Source: a virus (Duplodnaviria; Heunggongvirae; Uroviricota; Caudoviricetes). From it: 35,819 nt of DNA. The number at the start of each line of letters is the position of its first letter. The stretch's first letter is position 1. The stretch lies in IMG/VR virus record IMGVR_UViG_3300027896_000019, positions 1-35,819 of that record. One strand, 5' to 3'. A program made the position numbers and the translations under genes. Below the pieces are notes generated by a model. That model was not told the DNA's origin and searched no databases. It saw nothing but the letters and a program-made list of their open reading frames with translations. This document shows, one piece after another, positions 19,533 to 27,980 of the stretch.

Positions 19533-20666
19533 CTAATGAAATTCATTGAAGCACTTTCTACACCAACTACTGTATATCTTAATTGTATTTGTAAACATAA
19601 ACATACGATTGTTTTTAAGTTTAATTTCTCCACATTTTGAACATTTTTTATAAACACCCTTGCAAATATAAGTATAGTACCAATCATCATATAAGTCTTG
19701 ATATTTTTTGCAAATATTTTTTGAAATTCTCATTATTTTATTTTGAATATTAGAATATTGACATAATAAATTTTTTGCAATTTCATTGTAAGTATATCCT
19801 TGAAATAGCAAATTCAATATTTTATCATCATTAATTTTTAATGGAGTTTGTTTTAAAATATTTTTTAAGTCATATTTTAAACATCCTAAATCAGTCAACA
19901 GACTACCATTGCAATCTAACAATGCTGTAATATGTTTAGGATTTGTAAAGTCACATTTATCATAATCAATTTCTGTAGAATCCTTTAATGGTGCTTTAAA
20001 ATATATAGTTCCATTAATTTTGTCTTTGCTAATAATCTGGTCTGATTTTAATTCTTTTAATAATTTAACTAACTTTTTTTGACTTGTCTTGTTTAATTTA
20101 TTTGCTCTTAACATTTTGAGATTTTTACTAATTATTAATTTTAAATCTTCATATTCTCTAACAGGTTGAATGGTAGCAATATCATGCGAAGTAATTATTT
20201 GTTCAATAGGTTTTTTATAATTATAGCCATTATTTAATAAAAAACTTATTGAATTTGCATTTTCTAATTGTCCATAAGTCTTTTCCATTAATTCTTCAAT
20301 TGATAAATCTTTACCAAACTTATTTTCTAATTGTTGTCTAGTATAATAATTATATTCAGTCTTTTTAACCTTTTCAGCATCATCAGCAAATAGTATGTAG
20401 TTAGCCATAGATTCTAAAATTTTACATACATTATTGTCGCTACTTATGTAATCATTTTGATTTAAATTTACTTTAAATTTTTCATCAAAGTAAGTTTCAA
20501 AATATTGGTCAACATAATTATCATGTTCACCATTTTGAGTATAAAGTACTTTATTAGCGTTCTTAATTCTATCAGATTGACATAAGTTAAAGTCTAATTC
20601 ATTTAAAAATTCATATGCAGATTTGTTATTGATTTTACCTTTAAAATATTTTACTGGAAATGCCAT
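19533..20666 (-). CDS. Putative transcription regulator (sigma4/LuxR-like HTH plus C-terminal Zn ribbon)
   Basis: QGYTYNEIAKNL...IQNKIMRI HTH; KKCSKCGEIK...WCRKC. Confidence 0.5.
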   Translation of the reverse strand: MAFPVKYFKGKINNKSAYEFLNELDFNLCQSDRIKNANKVLYTQNGEHDNYVDQYFETYFDEKFKVNLNQNDYISSDNNVCKILESMANYILFADDAEKVKKTEYNYYTRQQLENKFGKDLSIEELMEKTYGQLENANSISFLLNNGYNYKKPIEQIITSHDIATIQPVREYEDLKLIISKNLKMLRANKLNKTSQKKLVKLLKELKSDQIISKDKINGTIYFKAPLKDSTEIDYDKCDFTNPKHITALLDCNGSLLTDLGCLKYDLKNILKQTPLKINDDKILNLLFQGYTYNEIAKNLLCQYSNIQNKIMRISKNICKKYQDLYDDWYYTYICKGVYKKCSKCGEIKLKNNRMFMFTNTIKIYSSWCRKCFNEFH

Positions 20667-20764
20667 ATGTTGTCCTCTTTAATTATTTAGTTTTTGCTAG
20701 GGTGTGCAGGTTCACCCTAGCATGTAGTAAGTTTTGCAATGAGATTAGTCTGTAAGCTAATCTT

Positions 20765-20793
20765 ATGTTAACACAGTATTTTAATATTGTCAA
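20765..20793 (-). promoter_or_regulatory. sigmaA-like promoter with extended -10
   Basis: TTGACA (20788-20793), 17 bp, TGn-TAACAT (20765-20770). Confidence 0.65.
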
Positions 20794-20821
20794 CATATAA
20801 TTTACAAAAATGTATGTATTT

Positions 20822-21619
20822 CTACAAAATTTTATATAAACTATCAAAATAACTTTTATCATAACTTCTTTGATTATATTGTTTATACATTGGTGTAGAT
20901 GTATTGGATTTTTTATATTGTTTTGGTTTTTCCTCGATTGGTTTTTCGCTTGATTTAATTATATTTTTTTTGATAATAAATTTGATTGCAGTAACTTTCC
21001 TACCAGTTTTTATTTCTTCAAACTCAAAAGAAATATCTGTCTTTTTTGCAAGTTCTTTTTGTGAAATTAAAATAACTTTTTGTTTAAAATTGCTATACAA
21101 ATCATATTTTTTTTCTAAAATATCTTGTAGATAATCTACAGTGTAAATAACATCTGCTTTTGTTTTAAATTCATTAGCCTTTAAAATTTCATATATTCTA
21201 ATAGCATATTTTGATTTAAGAGATAAAATATTTTTTAGATTATATTGTGTATACATTTCTTTCAATCCTAAAAAAAATGGTTTAGTACTAGACCTTAATT
21301 GTAATTCAAATCTTTTTGTTTTGAAATTATATGGTGCTTCTTTTAACCAATGGTATGGTTTCATTTGTATATCATCTGTAATTATAAATGATTTAGCATG
21401 TAGCTTCATAACAATATCAATTATCATTTTATAATTGGAATTACTAATTTGTAATAAGTTTGCTATTTCACTTATTGTAAAATAATAAATTTTAAAATCA
21501 TCATCCTCGGCTTTAACTAATGATGCCAAGGTTAAAATAATTTTTTGTTCAAATTCTGTCAATGAATATTTGGCTGTTACAAGTGAATTTGCTTTTCTCA
21601 CTAACAAATCTTTATTCAC
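20822..21619 (-). CDS. Plasmid replication initiator, Rep_3/RepB family
   Basis: ANSLVTAKYSLTEFEQKII, YTQYNLKNILSLKSKYAIRIYEIL, YSNFKQKVI, TGRKVTAIKF; GTG start with AAAGGAG SD. Confidence 0.9.
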   Translation of the reverse strand: MNKDLLVRKANSLVTAKYSLTEFEQKIILTLASLVKAEDDDFKIYYFTISEIANLLQISNSNYKMIIDIVMKLHAKSFIITDDIQMKPYHWLKEAPYNFKTKRFELQLRSSTKPFFLGLKEMYTQYNLKNILSLKSKYAIRIYEILKANEFKTKADVIYTVDYLQDILEKKYDLYSNFKQKVILISQKELAKKTDISFEFEEIKTGRKVTAIKFIIKKNIIKSSEKPIEEKPKQYKKSNTSTPMYKQYNQRSYDKSYFDSLYKIL

Positions 21620-21655
21620 GTTAAATCTCCTTTGTAATTTGTCATGATAAATCTT

Positions 21656-21684
21656 ATTTTATGTATTAGATATTACCTTGTCAA
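21656..21684 (-). promoter_or_regulatory. rep promoter overlapping first iteron
   Basis: TTGACA (21679-21684), 17 bp, TAAAAT (21656-21661). Confidence 0.75.
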
Positions 21685-21886
21685 TGTAAAAGTAATAGTT
21701 TCAATGTAAAAGTAATAATAACTCAATGTAAACGGAATAGTTCCTCAATGTAAAAGTAATATTATTCAATGTAAACGTAATATTTAAAATTTGAAACCCT
21801 TACTACTGTATGTCTGGACAACCTCCTGAAATTAGAAGTATTAAAGAAATAAGGAAAGAACGAATTGTTTCAATGTAAAAGTAATA
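21681..21886. repeat. Iteron array (six 17-bp direct repeats), putative plasmid origin
   Basis: TCAATGTAAA(A/C)G(T/G)AATA at 21681, 21701, 21723, 21745, 21766 (spacing 20-22 bp) and a lone copy at 21870. Confidence 0.9.
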
Positions 21887-22070
21887 GTTAGCATTATAAA
21901 TAACCCTACACAACATTCATATGTAAGGATTCAATGTTCACAAACATAGTAATATTTCACTCCTTTTTTGTAATAGTTCATATATCACAATCCTGTAAAT
22001 AGAGAAAAACACTAACCCGATATTCTTTGTTAGTATCTTGAAATATGACAGCAAAAATCACCACATTAAC

Positions 22071-22103
22071 AAAACGCTCAAATTTTAGTTTTGAGCGTTT
22101 TTT
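22071..22103. terminator. Bidirectional intrinsic terminator after recD2
   Basis: aaaacgctcaaa (22071-22082) / tttgagcgtttt (22090-22101), T runs on both strands. Confidence 0.8.
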
Positions 22104-22185
22104 ATGTTAGGTAATATGATTAGACCTTTTTATCGTTTAAACACGAAATAAGTACAATTTTGGAGCAAATTAGGGTATGTCTGAA

Positions 22186-24450
22186 CTATTTCTTCAACAA
22201 AACTTTCATTATGCCTGATAAGAATGTTTTTTTGACAGCAACACTATTATTCGCCAATGCCATATTACACGCTTTCTGTTGAATCACCATATATATTGTC
22301 TCGGACGCTCTGGTAATCATCGTGTATAGCAAATTTCGTTTAAGATTCATGTAATGGCTCATATCCATGCAACCTATCACAACATTGGCTTGTGAGCCTT
22401 GTGAACTGTGACAAGTTATCGCATACGCTAAATCAACATAGGCTAATTTTTTTGTAGAATATTTAATAATTTTATCACCATAATCAACATACATAGTTTG
22501 GGTGTCATTGTATATATGCTTAATTACTCCAAAATCACCGTTAAAAACTCCTAATTTATCTTCAATGGGTTCTAGCATATCATCATACCAAATCGCCCTA
22601 TAATCGTTTTTAGTGTGCCTTACCTTATCACCCAATCTAAACTTACACCGCTTAGTTTCAAATTCTGGTTTACAATCATCAGGAGGATTGGCTATTTGTT
22701 GTAAACAGTTATTTAAATATTGAACACCAGAATATCCCTTTTTCATAGGACTAATCACCAGAATATCTTCTAAGCTTGTATTCTCTATGCATTTTTTATA
22801 AAGCTTTAAAATTTTATCACAACAATCTTCCTTTGTGCTAAACCATGCTTTAAAGTCTTTATTCACTCCAATTTCTAAAGTTTCATCTTTGGATGAATAA
22901 AATTTCTCACCACTTCTCACTTGTGTAGCAACTGACAATATGCCAGAATCTAACGCTTGTCTAAATACAGTTTCAAGTTTAACAACAGGCAACATTTCAC
23001 TTGTTATTAAGTCTTGTAATATATTTCCAACACTGATTGATTCTAACTGTGCAGGGTCACCAACAATGACCACCTTACATCCATCAGGAATAGCAAATAA
23101 TAAGTGTCTAAACAGGAATATATCTATCATGGATGCTTCGTCAATCACAATTATATCCATTTCTTTTTGATTATCTTTTTTATAAAAAAATCCCATTGGA
23201 GTAGTAATTAAGGCTCTGTGAATTGTCATAGCGTTTCTACCAGTAGATTTAGCCAAAACTTTTGAAGCTTTAGCAGTAGGTGAAACAAGTAGTATATTTT
23301 GTGTAACATTCTCTAGCATTTTCAAACAACCATTCAACAATGTTGTCTTACCAGTTCCAGCATACCCAGTTAGTATGACTACATTATTGCTATTAACTCT
23401 ATAAAACAACTCCTTCTGTTCATCTGTATACTGAATATTTAACAGGGTTTCAAGGTGTTGGATTTCTTTTTGAATAGCATCATTTCTGTAAGGAGGTAAT
23501 GATACAACAGAGGATAAACGCTGTAATTCTAATGCAATATCAACCTCACAATTGTAAATATGAATCATGGATAACATATTATCCTTAACATAAAAAATCT
23601 CATTTTGTATAATATCATCAAAATCAGGAATGTAAGTATCTAATACTCTTTCAGCAGTTTCTTTAATTTCATACTTATCTGCCCATGTATTACCTAAGTT
23701 TTGTGACAATTCTAACGCATAGATTATTCCTGCAAATTTTCTTTGACTACAATTTGGTTCAAGTCCTATACTTGTGGCTATTTCATCAGCAGTTTTAAAT
23801 CCTATGCCTTTAATATCTCTATATAACACATAAGGGTCATTCATAACAGTTTTAATGGCTACCTCTGGAGATTTATATTGTTTTACAAGCTTTTTAATAA
23901 TACTGAATGATATTCCAAACTTACTTAATCCTGTTAACGCCTTAGCATAATTAATAAACTCTTTAGCCTTAATAATTAGATTATCATATTGCTTTTGTTG
24001 CATACCCTTAATTTTACTTTTAACAAAAGTTCCATCTAACAAAGACGAAATGGGTTTTGGATATACATCAGTTATCTTTTTAAACATTGAAGGTGATACA
24101 AGTTCTTCTAACAATGACCATTCATCATCTTTGGTAATCTCAACAGTGTGCAAAGCAACAAGCGTATAGTTGTCACCATAAGTTTTATGATAGCCTTTAG
24201 TAGCAGTAATTTTATACTCTTTACCTATCACTAATTCTGGCATAGTTCCTACAACTGTGATTTTTTCTAGCTTATATTTAACTTCATCAAAAATATCAGT
24301 ATTTTTTCTTGATTTTATATCATAGTCTTTACCCATGTTATAGCACATATAGATACCATAACTGGATTCATCTGAATAAAATCTTTTAGCATAAGGTTTG
24401 ATAGTTATATCAAAAACATCAGTATTCTTTAACTCTAGCCTTACAGACAT
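22186..24450 (-). CDS. recD2: ATP-dependent RecD2-like SF1B helicase
   Basis: N-terminal OB/HhH region (IKGIGFKTADEIA), TGYAGTGKTT, IDEASMID, VGDPAQL, FRQA, LAYAITCHSSQGS. Start ATG 24450 (SD GGAGG). Confidence 0.92.
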   Translation of the reverse strand: MSVRLELKNTDVFDITIKPYAKRFYSDESSYGIYMCYNMGKDYDIKSRKNTDIFDEVKYKLEKITVVGTMPELVIGKEYKITATKGYHKTYGDNYTLVALHTVEITKDDEWSLLEELVSPSMFKKITDVYPKPISSLLDGTFVKSKIKGMQQKQYDNLIIKAKEFINYAKALTGLSKFGISFSIIKKLVKQYKSPEVAIKTVMNDPYVLYRDIKGIGFKTADEIATSIGLEPNCSQRKFAGIIYALELSQNLGNTWADKYEIKETAERVLDTYIPDFDDIIQNEIFYVKDNMLSMIHIYNCEVDIALELQRLSSVVSLPPYRNDAIQKEIQHLETLLNIQYTDEQKELFYRVNSNNVVILTGYAGTGKTTLLNGCLKMLENVTQNILLVSPTAKASKVLAKSTGRNAMTIHRALITTPMGFFYKKDNQKEMDIIVIDEASMIDIFLFRHLLFAIPDGCKVVIVGDPAQLESISVGNILQDLITSEMLPVVKLETVFRQALDSGILSVATQVRSGEKFYSSKDETLEIGVNKDFKAWFSTKEDCCDKILKLYKKCIENTSLEDILVISPMKKGYSGVQYLNNCLQQIANPPDDCKPEFETKRCKFRLGDKVRHTKNDYRAIWYDDMLEPIEDKLGVFNGDFGVIKHIYNDTQTMYVDYGDKIIKYSTKKLAYVDLAYAITCHSSQGSQANVVIGCMDMSHYMNLKRNLLYTMITRASETIYMVIQQKACNMALANNSVAVKKTFLSGIMKVLLKK

Positions 24451-24506
24451 AAGGTATTCCTCCATTTTTTATTCATTATTTTGTATTCTACAATGTACAA
24501 ATTACA

Positions 24507-24644
24507 TTTCTAAAAGGTTATAAATATGCCTATCCTAGCAAGAAGTAAGTCTAAGGGTTAAATTTAGTCTCTTCCTTATAATAACGCACGCGCACGCATG
24601 TATATATCTTACAAAGAATAGGCATATTTATAACCTTTTAGAAA
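24507..24644. repeat. 27-bp perfect inverted repeat flanking an 84-bp core
   Basis: tttctaaaaggttataaatatgcctat (24507-24533) / ataggcatatttataaccttttagaaa (24618-24644). Confidence 0.92.
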
Positions 24645-24645
24645 A

Positions 24646-25371
24646 TCAATTTTCAATTGCAGTATAAATATTAGCTTTCTTATTTTTCCCTGATACGTCA
24701 TACTTAGCATGAATCGTAAATAAAAAACCAAACTCTTCCAGAGTTCGTATAATATTTCTAATCTCTCTATCTGATATATGTAAGTTATTAGACATTTCAA
24801 CATAACTCATACATAAATCCTTATTCTGTTTAATGTATAAATAAACTAATAATCCTAAATATTTCAACTTTTGATTTTTTAAAATTGATTCAATAGTTTT
24901 GATTAATATCCTTGTTGTATTGTAAGTATTAAAAAAAGTTCCTGTTAAATCATTATCTTCTTCATCTGCAATATTCCTATAAAAACCCTTTACTGGATAT
25001 TTGATTGAAAATTTCTTAGGAAAATTTATAACCTTTTCTTCCTCATACATCATCAACTCTGTTGATTTTTTGTTAAATAATACCATATGATTCTCTGTTC
25101 GAGTATATCCTGATAAATCCAATAAACCATTTTTCTTAATAATATAATCTACCGCTTTATTATCTCTGTTATAGCCTATAAACTCCTTTATATCCTGTTG
25201 ACTAACCAATTCAATACGATAGTATTCTGAGTAATATAAAAAGCTCACAAACGTATAATATGCAATGGTAAATGCATAGTGTGTTGTTGATTTATATTTA
25301 ATACGACCTAAATCATCAAAAATTTCATTTGGAATAAATATATAGCTGTCCTTTTTAAAGTTTAATTCCAT
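24646..25371 (-). CDS. Winged-helix DNA-binding protein, possible phage replication initiator
   Basis: YIFIPNEIF N-terminus; C-terminal MSYVEMSNNLHISDREIRNIIRTLEEFGFL wHTH. Confidence 0.55.
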   Translation of the reverse strand: MELNFKKDSYIFIPNEIFDDLGRIKYKSTTHYAFTIAYYTFVSFLYYSEYYRIELVSQQDIKEFIGYNRDNKAVDYIIKKNGLLDLSGYTRTENHMVLFNKKSTELMMYEEEKVINFPKKFSIKYPVKGFYRNIADEEDNDLTGTFFNTYNTTRILIKTIESILKNQKLKYLGLLVYLYIKQNKDLCMSYVEMSNNLHISDREIRNIIRTLEEFGFLFTIHAKYDVSGKNKKANIYTAIEN

Positions 25372-25487
25372 CTGCTATCCCCTACTGCTAATACTGTTGA
25401 AATAATAATATTGCTTTCGCCATAATATATATAAACACAACAAATACGACAAATACAATGAAATAAGCATAAAAAATTGAATTTATT

Positions 25488-25715
25488 TTAAACTCTTTCA
25501 AATCTAGCACCTCTATTTCCACATTCAAGTATTTTACTTATTGCTGAATCTAACCATACACTTTCAGAAAATATAATAAACTGTTCAAGTAACTGTTGAT
25601 ACTCATTTGACTCTGTTATACTGATGTTATAGTCAAATGTTTGACTATTTATTAATTTCATAATTGCAATTGCTTTCAATTGATTAACTGTGTATGAATT
25701 TTTATTATCAGACAT
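25488..25715 (-). CDS. Hypothetical protein
   Basis: 75 aa; SD AAAGGAG. Confidence 0.65.
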   Translation of the reverse strand: MSDNKNSYTVNQLKAIAIMKLINSQTFDYNISITESNEYQQLLEQFIIFSESVWLDSAISKILECGNRGARFERV

Positions 25716-25752
25716 TTAAATGTCTCCTTTGTATGTTATTATCGTCAAAATT

Positions 25753-25823
25753 ATACCTAGAATCAATTTAAATACTTTAAATGTCAAATTATATTGCCAA
25801 TATTTAAAATGGATTCTAGGTAT
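25753..25823. repeat. Intergenic inverted repeat (12-bp perfect, ~22-bp imperfect)
   Basis: atacctagaatc (25753-25764) / gattctaggtat (25812-25823), continued inward by tttaaata/tatttaaa. Confidence 0.75.
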
Positions 25824-25853
25824 GTTTTTGGAGCAAATAGAGCTATATGATAT

Positions 25854-26093
25854 TTATTCAATATATCCTAAATATTTAGCCAATAAATTCATGATATTTT
25901 TAGATTCAGATTTCTGTAATGCATTATGCATATAAACTCTTACTGTTCTAGGCTTTAGTCCTAATATTACTCTAATTTCTGCATAGGTATGTCCATCAGC
26001 TAACATGTTGAGTATTTGTATCTCTCTTGAAGTTAATTCAAACTTATTAACTGGAACATAATTAACTTTAATTGTTATATCTGTTGTAAGCAT
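25854..26093 (-). CDS. Stand-alone LuxR/GerE-type HTH regulator
   Basis: LTSREIQILNMLADGHTYAEIRVILGLKPRTVRVYMHNALQK; no receiver domain. Start ATG 26093 (SD GGAGG). Confidence 0.85.
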   Translation of the reverse strand: MLTTDITIKVNYVPVNKFELTSREIQILNMLADGHTYAEIRVILGLKPRTVRVYMHNALQKSESKNIMNLLAKYLGYIE

Positions 26094-26253
26094 TACCATA
26101 ACCTCCAAACATACCATTTTGTTCGTATAACACTTTCTAGTCTATCAATTTTTCTATTGTATATTGTGAACAAGTGTTCTGTTTTCCTTATTACCTTATG
26201 AATTCCAAATAAATTTCTTTTTAAAATTAAAATATGCATATTATCATCTCCAA

Positions 26254-26454
26254 TTAATCATGTTTACAAGCTAAATAAACTTTTAACAAAGTTCCAATTG
26301 TTGATTCAGAAAACTCTTCTTCTAAAATAAAATCCATATTAATTTCATAGAGTTTAAGTTTTTTATAACATACATTTTTTACTACTTCTAAAAATTCATT
26401 AGATTTTAAAACATTTAGCAATTCTACTGCGTTTTGGAGCTTTATTGTGTCCAT
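26254..26454 (-). CDS. Hypothetical protein
   Basis: 66 aa; SD AAGGGG. Confidence 0.6.
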   Translation of the reverse strand: MDTIKLQNAVELLNVLKSNEFLEVVKNVCYKKLKLYEINMDFILEEEFSESTIGTLLKVYLACKHD

Positions 26455-26469
26455 TTTTATCCCCTTATG

Positions 26470-26649
26470 TTAGTTTGAATTTTTATAATTATCCATTAAA
26501 AATTGTTGATTCATCAAAATTATTCCTGTAACTAAACTTTCAAAATCTTCATTACTGATACCATATTTTTCAATTAATAATGTTAATGCAATTGATACTT
26601 TTTCCATGTTAATTTCGTTATTTTCAATATCTTTATCAATTAATGTCAT
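26470..26649 (-). CDS. Hypothetical 59-aa protein (not in ORF track)
   Basis: SD AGGAGG then MTLIDKDIENNEINMEKVSIALTLL...YKNSN; fills the gap after the XRE gene. Confidence 0.7.
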   Translation of the reverse strand: MTLIDKDIENNEINMEKVSIALTLLIEKYGISNEDFESLVTGIILMNQQFLMDNYKNSN

Positions 26650-26650
26650 A

Positions 26651-26962
26651 TTAACCCTCCTGATATTGTTTTTCTAATAATTGCATAAACTTTTCCCCAT
26701 ATTTTGTTTGAATCTCATTTTTTTTAATTTTTAGTACAGATTGTATTATATGGTACTTATCAACATCATCTACAACTTTATTCAACAAATCTTCATTAAT
26801 ATTTAACATATTGCTCAAAGCAGATAGTTTATTCTTTCCTATTTTTCTAAACCCTCCTTCCCAAGTGCTGACTGTTTGTCTTGTTACTCCAAACTTATCA
26901 GCTATTTCTTGCTGTGTCATTTCTAAAATTTGTCTAGTATAATACAATCCTGTTATTGCCAT
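26651..26962 (-). CDS. XRE/Cro-CI family HTH regulator
   Basis: RQILEMTQQEIADKFGVTRQTVSTWEGG. Start ATG 26962 (SD GGGGG). Confidence 0.88.
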   Translation of the reverse strand: MAITGLYYTRQILEMTQQEIADKFGVTRQTVSTWEGGFRKIGKNKLSALSNMLNINEDLLNKVVDDVDKYHIIQSVLKIKKNEIQTKYGEKFMQLLEKQYQEG

Positions 26963-26972
26963 AATAACCCCC

Positions 26973-27038
26973 CTACTTTTCAATTTTTGCTGTTAACTTA
27001 ATGATTAATAAAACTAATAAAATTAAAACCTTTTTCAC
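26973..27038 (-). CDS. 21-aa hydrophobic/basic micro-ORF (not in ORF track)
   Basis: SD GAGGGGG, GTG start, MKKVLILLVLLIIKLTAKIEK*. Confidence 0.5.
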   Translation of the reverse strand: MKKVLILLVLLIIKLTAKIEK

Positions 27039-27072
27039 AATATCCCCCTCATAATTAAGCTTAATATCTAAC

Positions 27073-27101
27073 ATAATACTACAAACCGTACATAATGTAA
27101 A
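27073..27101 (-). promoter_or_regulatory. sigmaA-like promoter for micro-ORF/XRE operon
   Basis: TTTACA (27096-27101), 17 bp, TATTAT (27073-27078); near-palindrome TACATAATGTA (27089-27099) overlaps the -35. Confidence 0.6.
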
Positions 27102-27122
27102 CAAAATAAAAAAATAAACAAC

Positions 27123-27159
27123 AAAAAAAGGCATAAATTAGGATAAAGATGCCCTTTTT
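27123..27159 (-). terminator. Probable intrinsic terminator
   Basis: Minus strand AAAAAGGGCAT...ATGCCTTTTTTT; short stem, 14-nt loop. Confidence 0.5.
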
Positions 27160-27192
27160 GTGTAAAGCTTTTTGCTGTATGAAGTTAGTCTT

Positions 27193-27221
27193 ATGTTACA
27201 ATATTATGTTGTTTGTGTCAA
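27193..27221 (-). promoter_or_regulatory. sigmaA-like promoter
   Basis: TTGACA (27216-27221), 17 bp, TAACAT (27193-27198); TAACATAAGA is shared with the promoter at 20765. Confidence 0.55.
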
Positions 27222-27313
27222 TCAAAATCATCCCTATATACAAAAAAATATAATAACCATACTAAAAATACCGAACCTGTGATAGACATTATTACATAGG
27301 ACAATGGACTCAT
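27218..27313 (-). CDS. 31-aa single-pass membrane micro-ORF (not in ORF track)
   Basis: SD GGGGGT, MSPLSYVIMSITGSVFLVWLLYFFVYRDDFD*. Confidence 0.6.
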   Translation of the reverse strand: MSPLSYVIMSITGSVFLVWLLYFFVYRDDFD

Positions 27314-27331
27314 ATTATACCCCCATTACGC

Positions 27332-27408
27332 ACAAAAAGCCTTATGAAAGGCTGTTTGCGAATTGCTACCATATTTGAGAATACAAAAATAGATTGAACG
27401 ATTTTTGT
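27332..27408 (-). ncRNA. Candidate ~77-nt structured leader / small RNA
   Basis: After promoter 27415-27443: hairpin TACAAAAAT/ATTTTTGTA, then AGCCTT/AAGGCT hairpin followed by TTTTGTG. Confidence 0.5.
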
Positions 27409-27414
27409 AGCCTT

Positions 27415-27443
27415 ATACTATTACATAATATATATTTTGTCAA
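27415..27443 (-). promoter_or_regulatory. sigmaA-like promoter
   Basis: TTGACA (27438-27443), 17 bp, TAGTAT (27415-27420). Confidence 0.7.
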
Positions 27444-27472
27444 TACTAAAAACATCATTTATTCATCGTTTT

Positions 27473-27787
27473 TCAATCATTTTCATTGATTTTTGATACA
27501 TTTTCATTCATTTTCGATGGTTTTTGAATAATTTCAACGATTTCTCGTATTTTGTTCCATCCATCAAAATCATCATATTTTAACGAACCTCTGTTAATTT
27601 CATCATCACTCTCCATATATAATCTCCAATATGCTTTACATGTTTCGCACCAATATATAGACTTAATTAATAATCCATCTGTACAAACGTGCATAAACAT
27701 ATATGAACCTTTAGTAAACTTTCTATTACAACCCCAACATGAATGGTCTTTTCTAATTTTAGTATGCTTAATCCTGATAATTGCCAT
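27473..27787 (-). CDS. Hypothetical Zn-binding protein
   Basis: CWGC...CETC; SD GAGGT. Confidence 0.65.
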   Translation of the reverse strand: MAIIRIKHTKIRKDHSCWGCNRKFTKGSYMFMHVCTDGLLIKSIYWCETCKAYWRLYMESDDEINRGSLKYDDFDGWNKIREIVEIIQKPSKMNENVSKINEND

Positions 27788-27788
27788 A

Positions 27789-27980
27789 TCATACCTCTAT
27801 AGTTTCAGAAATAAAATTATCATAATATTGATTACATACAGCAACTTCAATTGTAGTTCTAGTGTTTCCATCTCTTAGATTTTCAGAAATTCTATGAACT
27901 TCATATTGTGTACCATTCACCAATATTATATCACCAATATCTAGTTCGCCTTTTTTGACATATAAATTTTCTGGAATCAT
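27789..27980 (-). CDS. Hypothetical protein
   Basis: 63 aa; SD AAGGAG. Confidence 0.65.
   Translation of the reverse strand: MIPENLYVKKGELDIGDIILVNGTQYEVHRISENLRDGNTRTTIEVAVCNQYYDNFISETIEV

Noticed and set aside
21681-21886. Repeats as a CRISPR array
   Set aside because: Gaps of only 3-5 bp, no spacers, adjacent to a Rep_3 gene: iterons.
21909-21970. Strong SD (AAAGGAG) followed by a 13-codon ORF next to the iterons
   Set aside because: Too short and featureless to support; could be a remnant.
12613-24803. Alternative-frame minus ORFs 12613-12813, 19493-19690 and 24609-24803
   Set aside because: Each overlaps the 3' end of a longer credible gene in another frame and lacks an SD.
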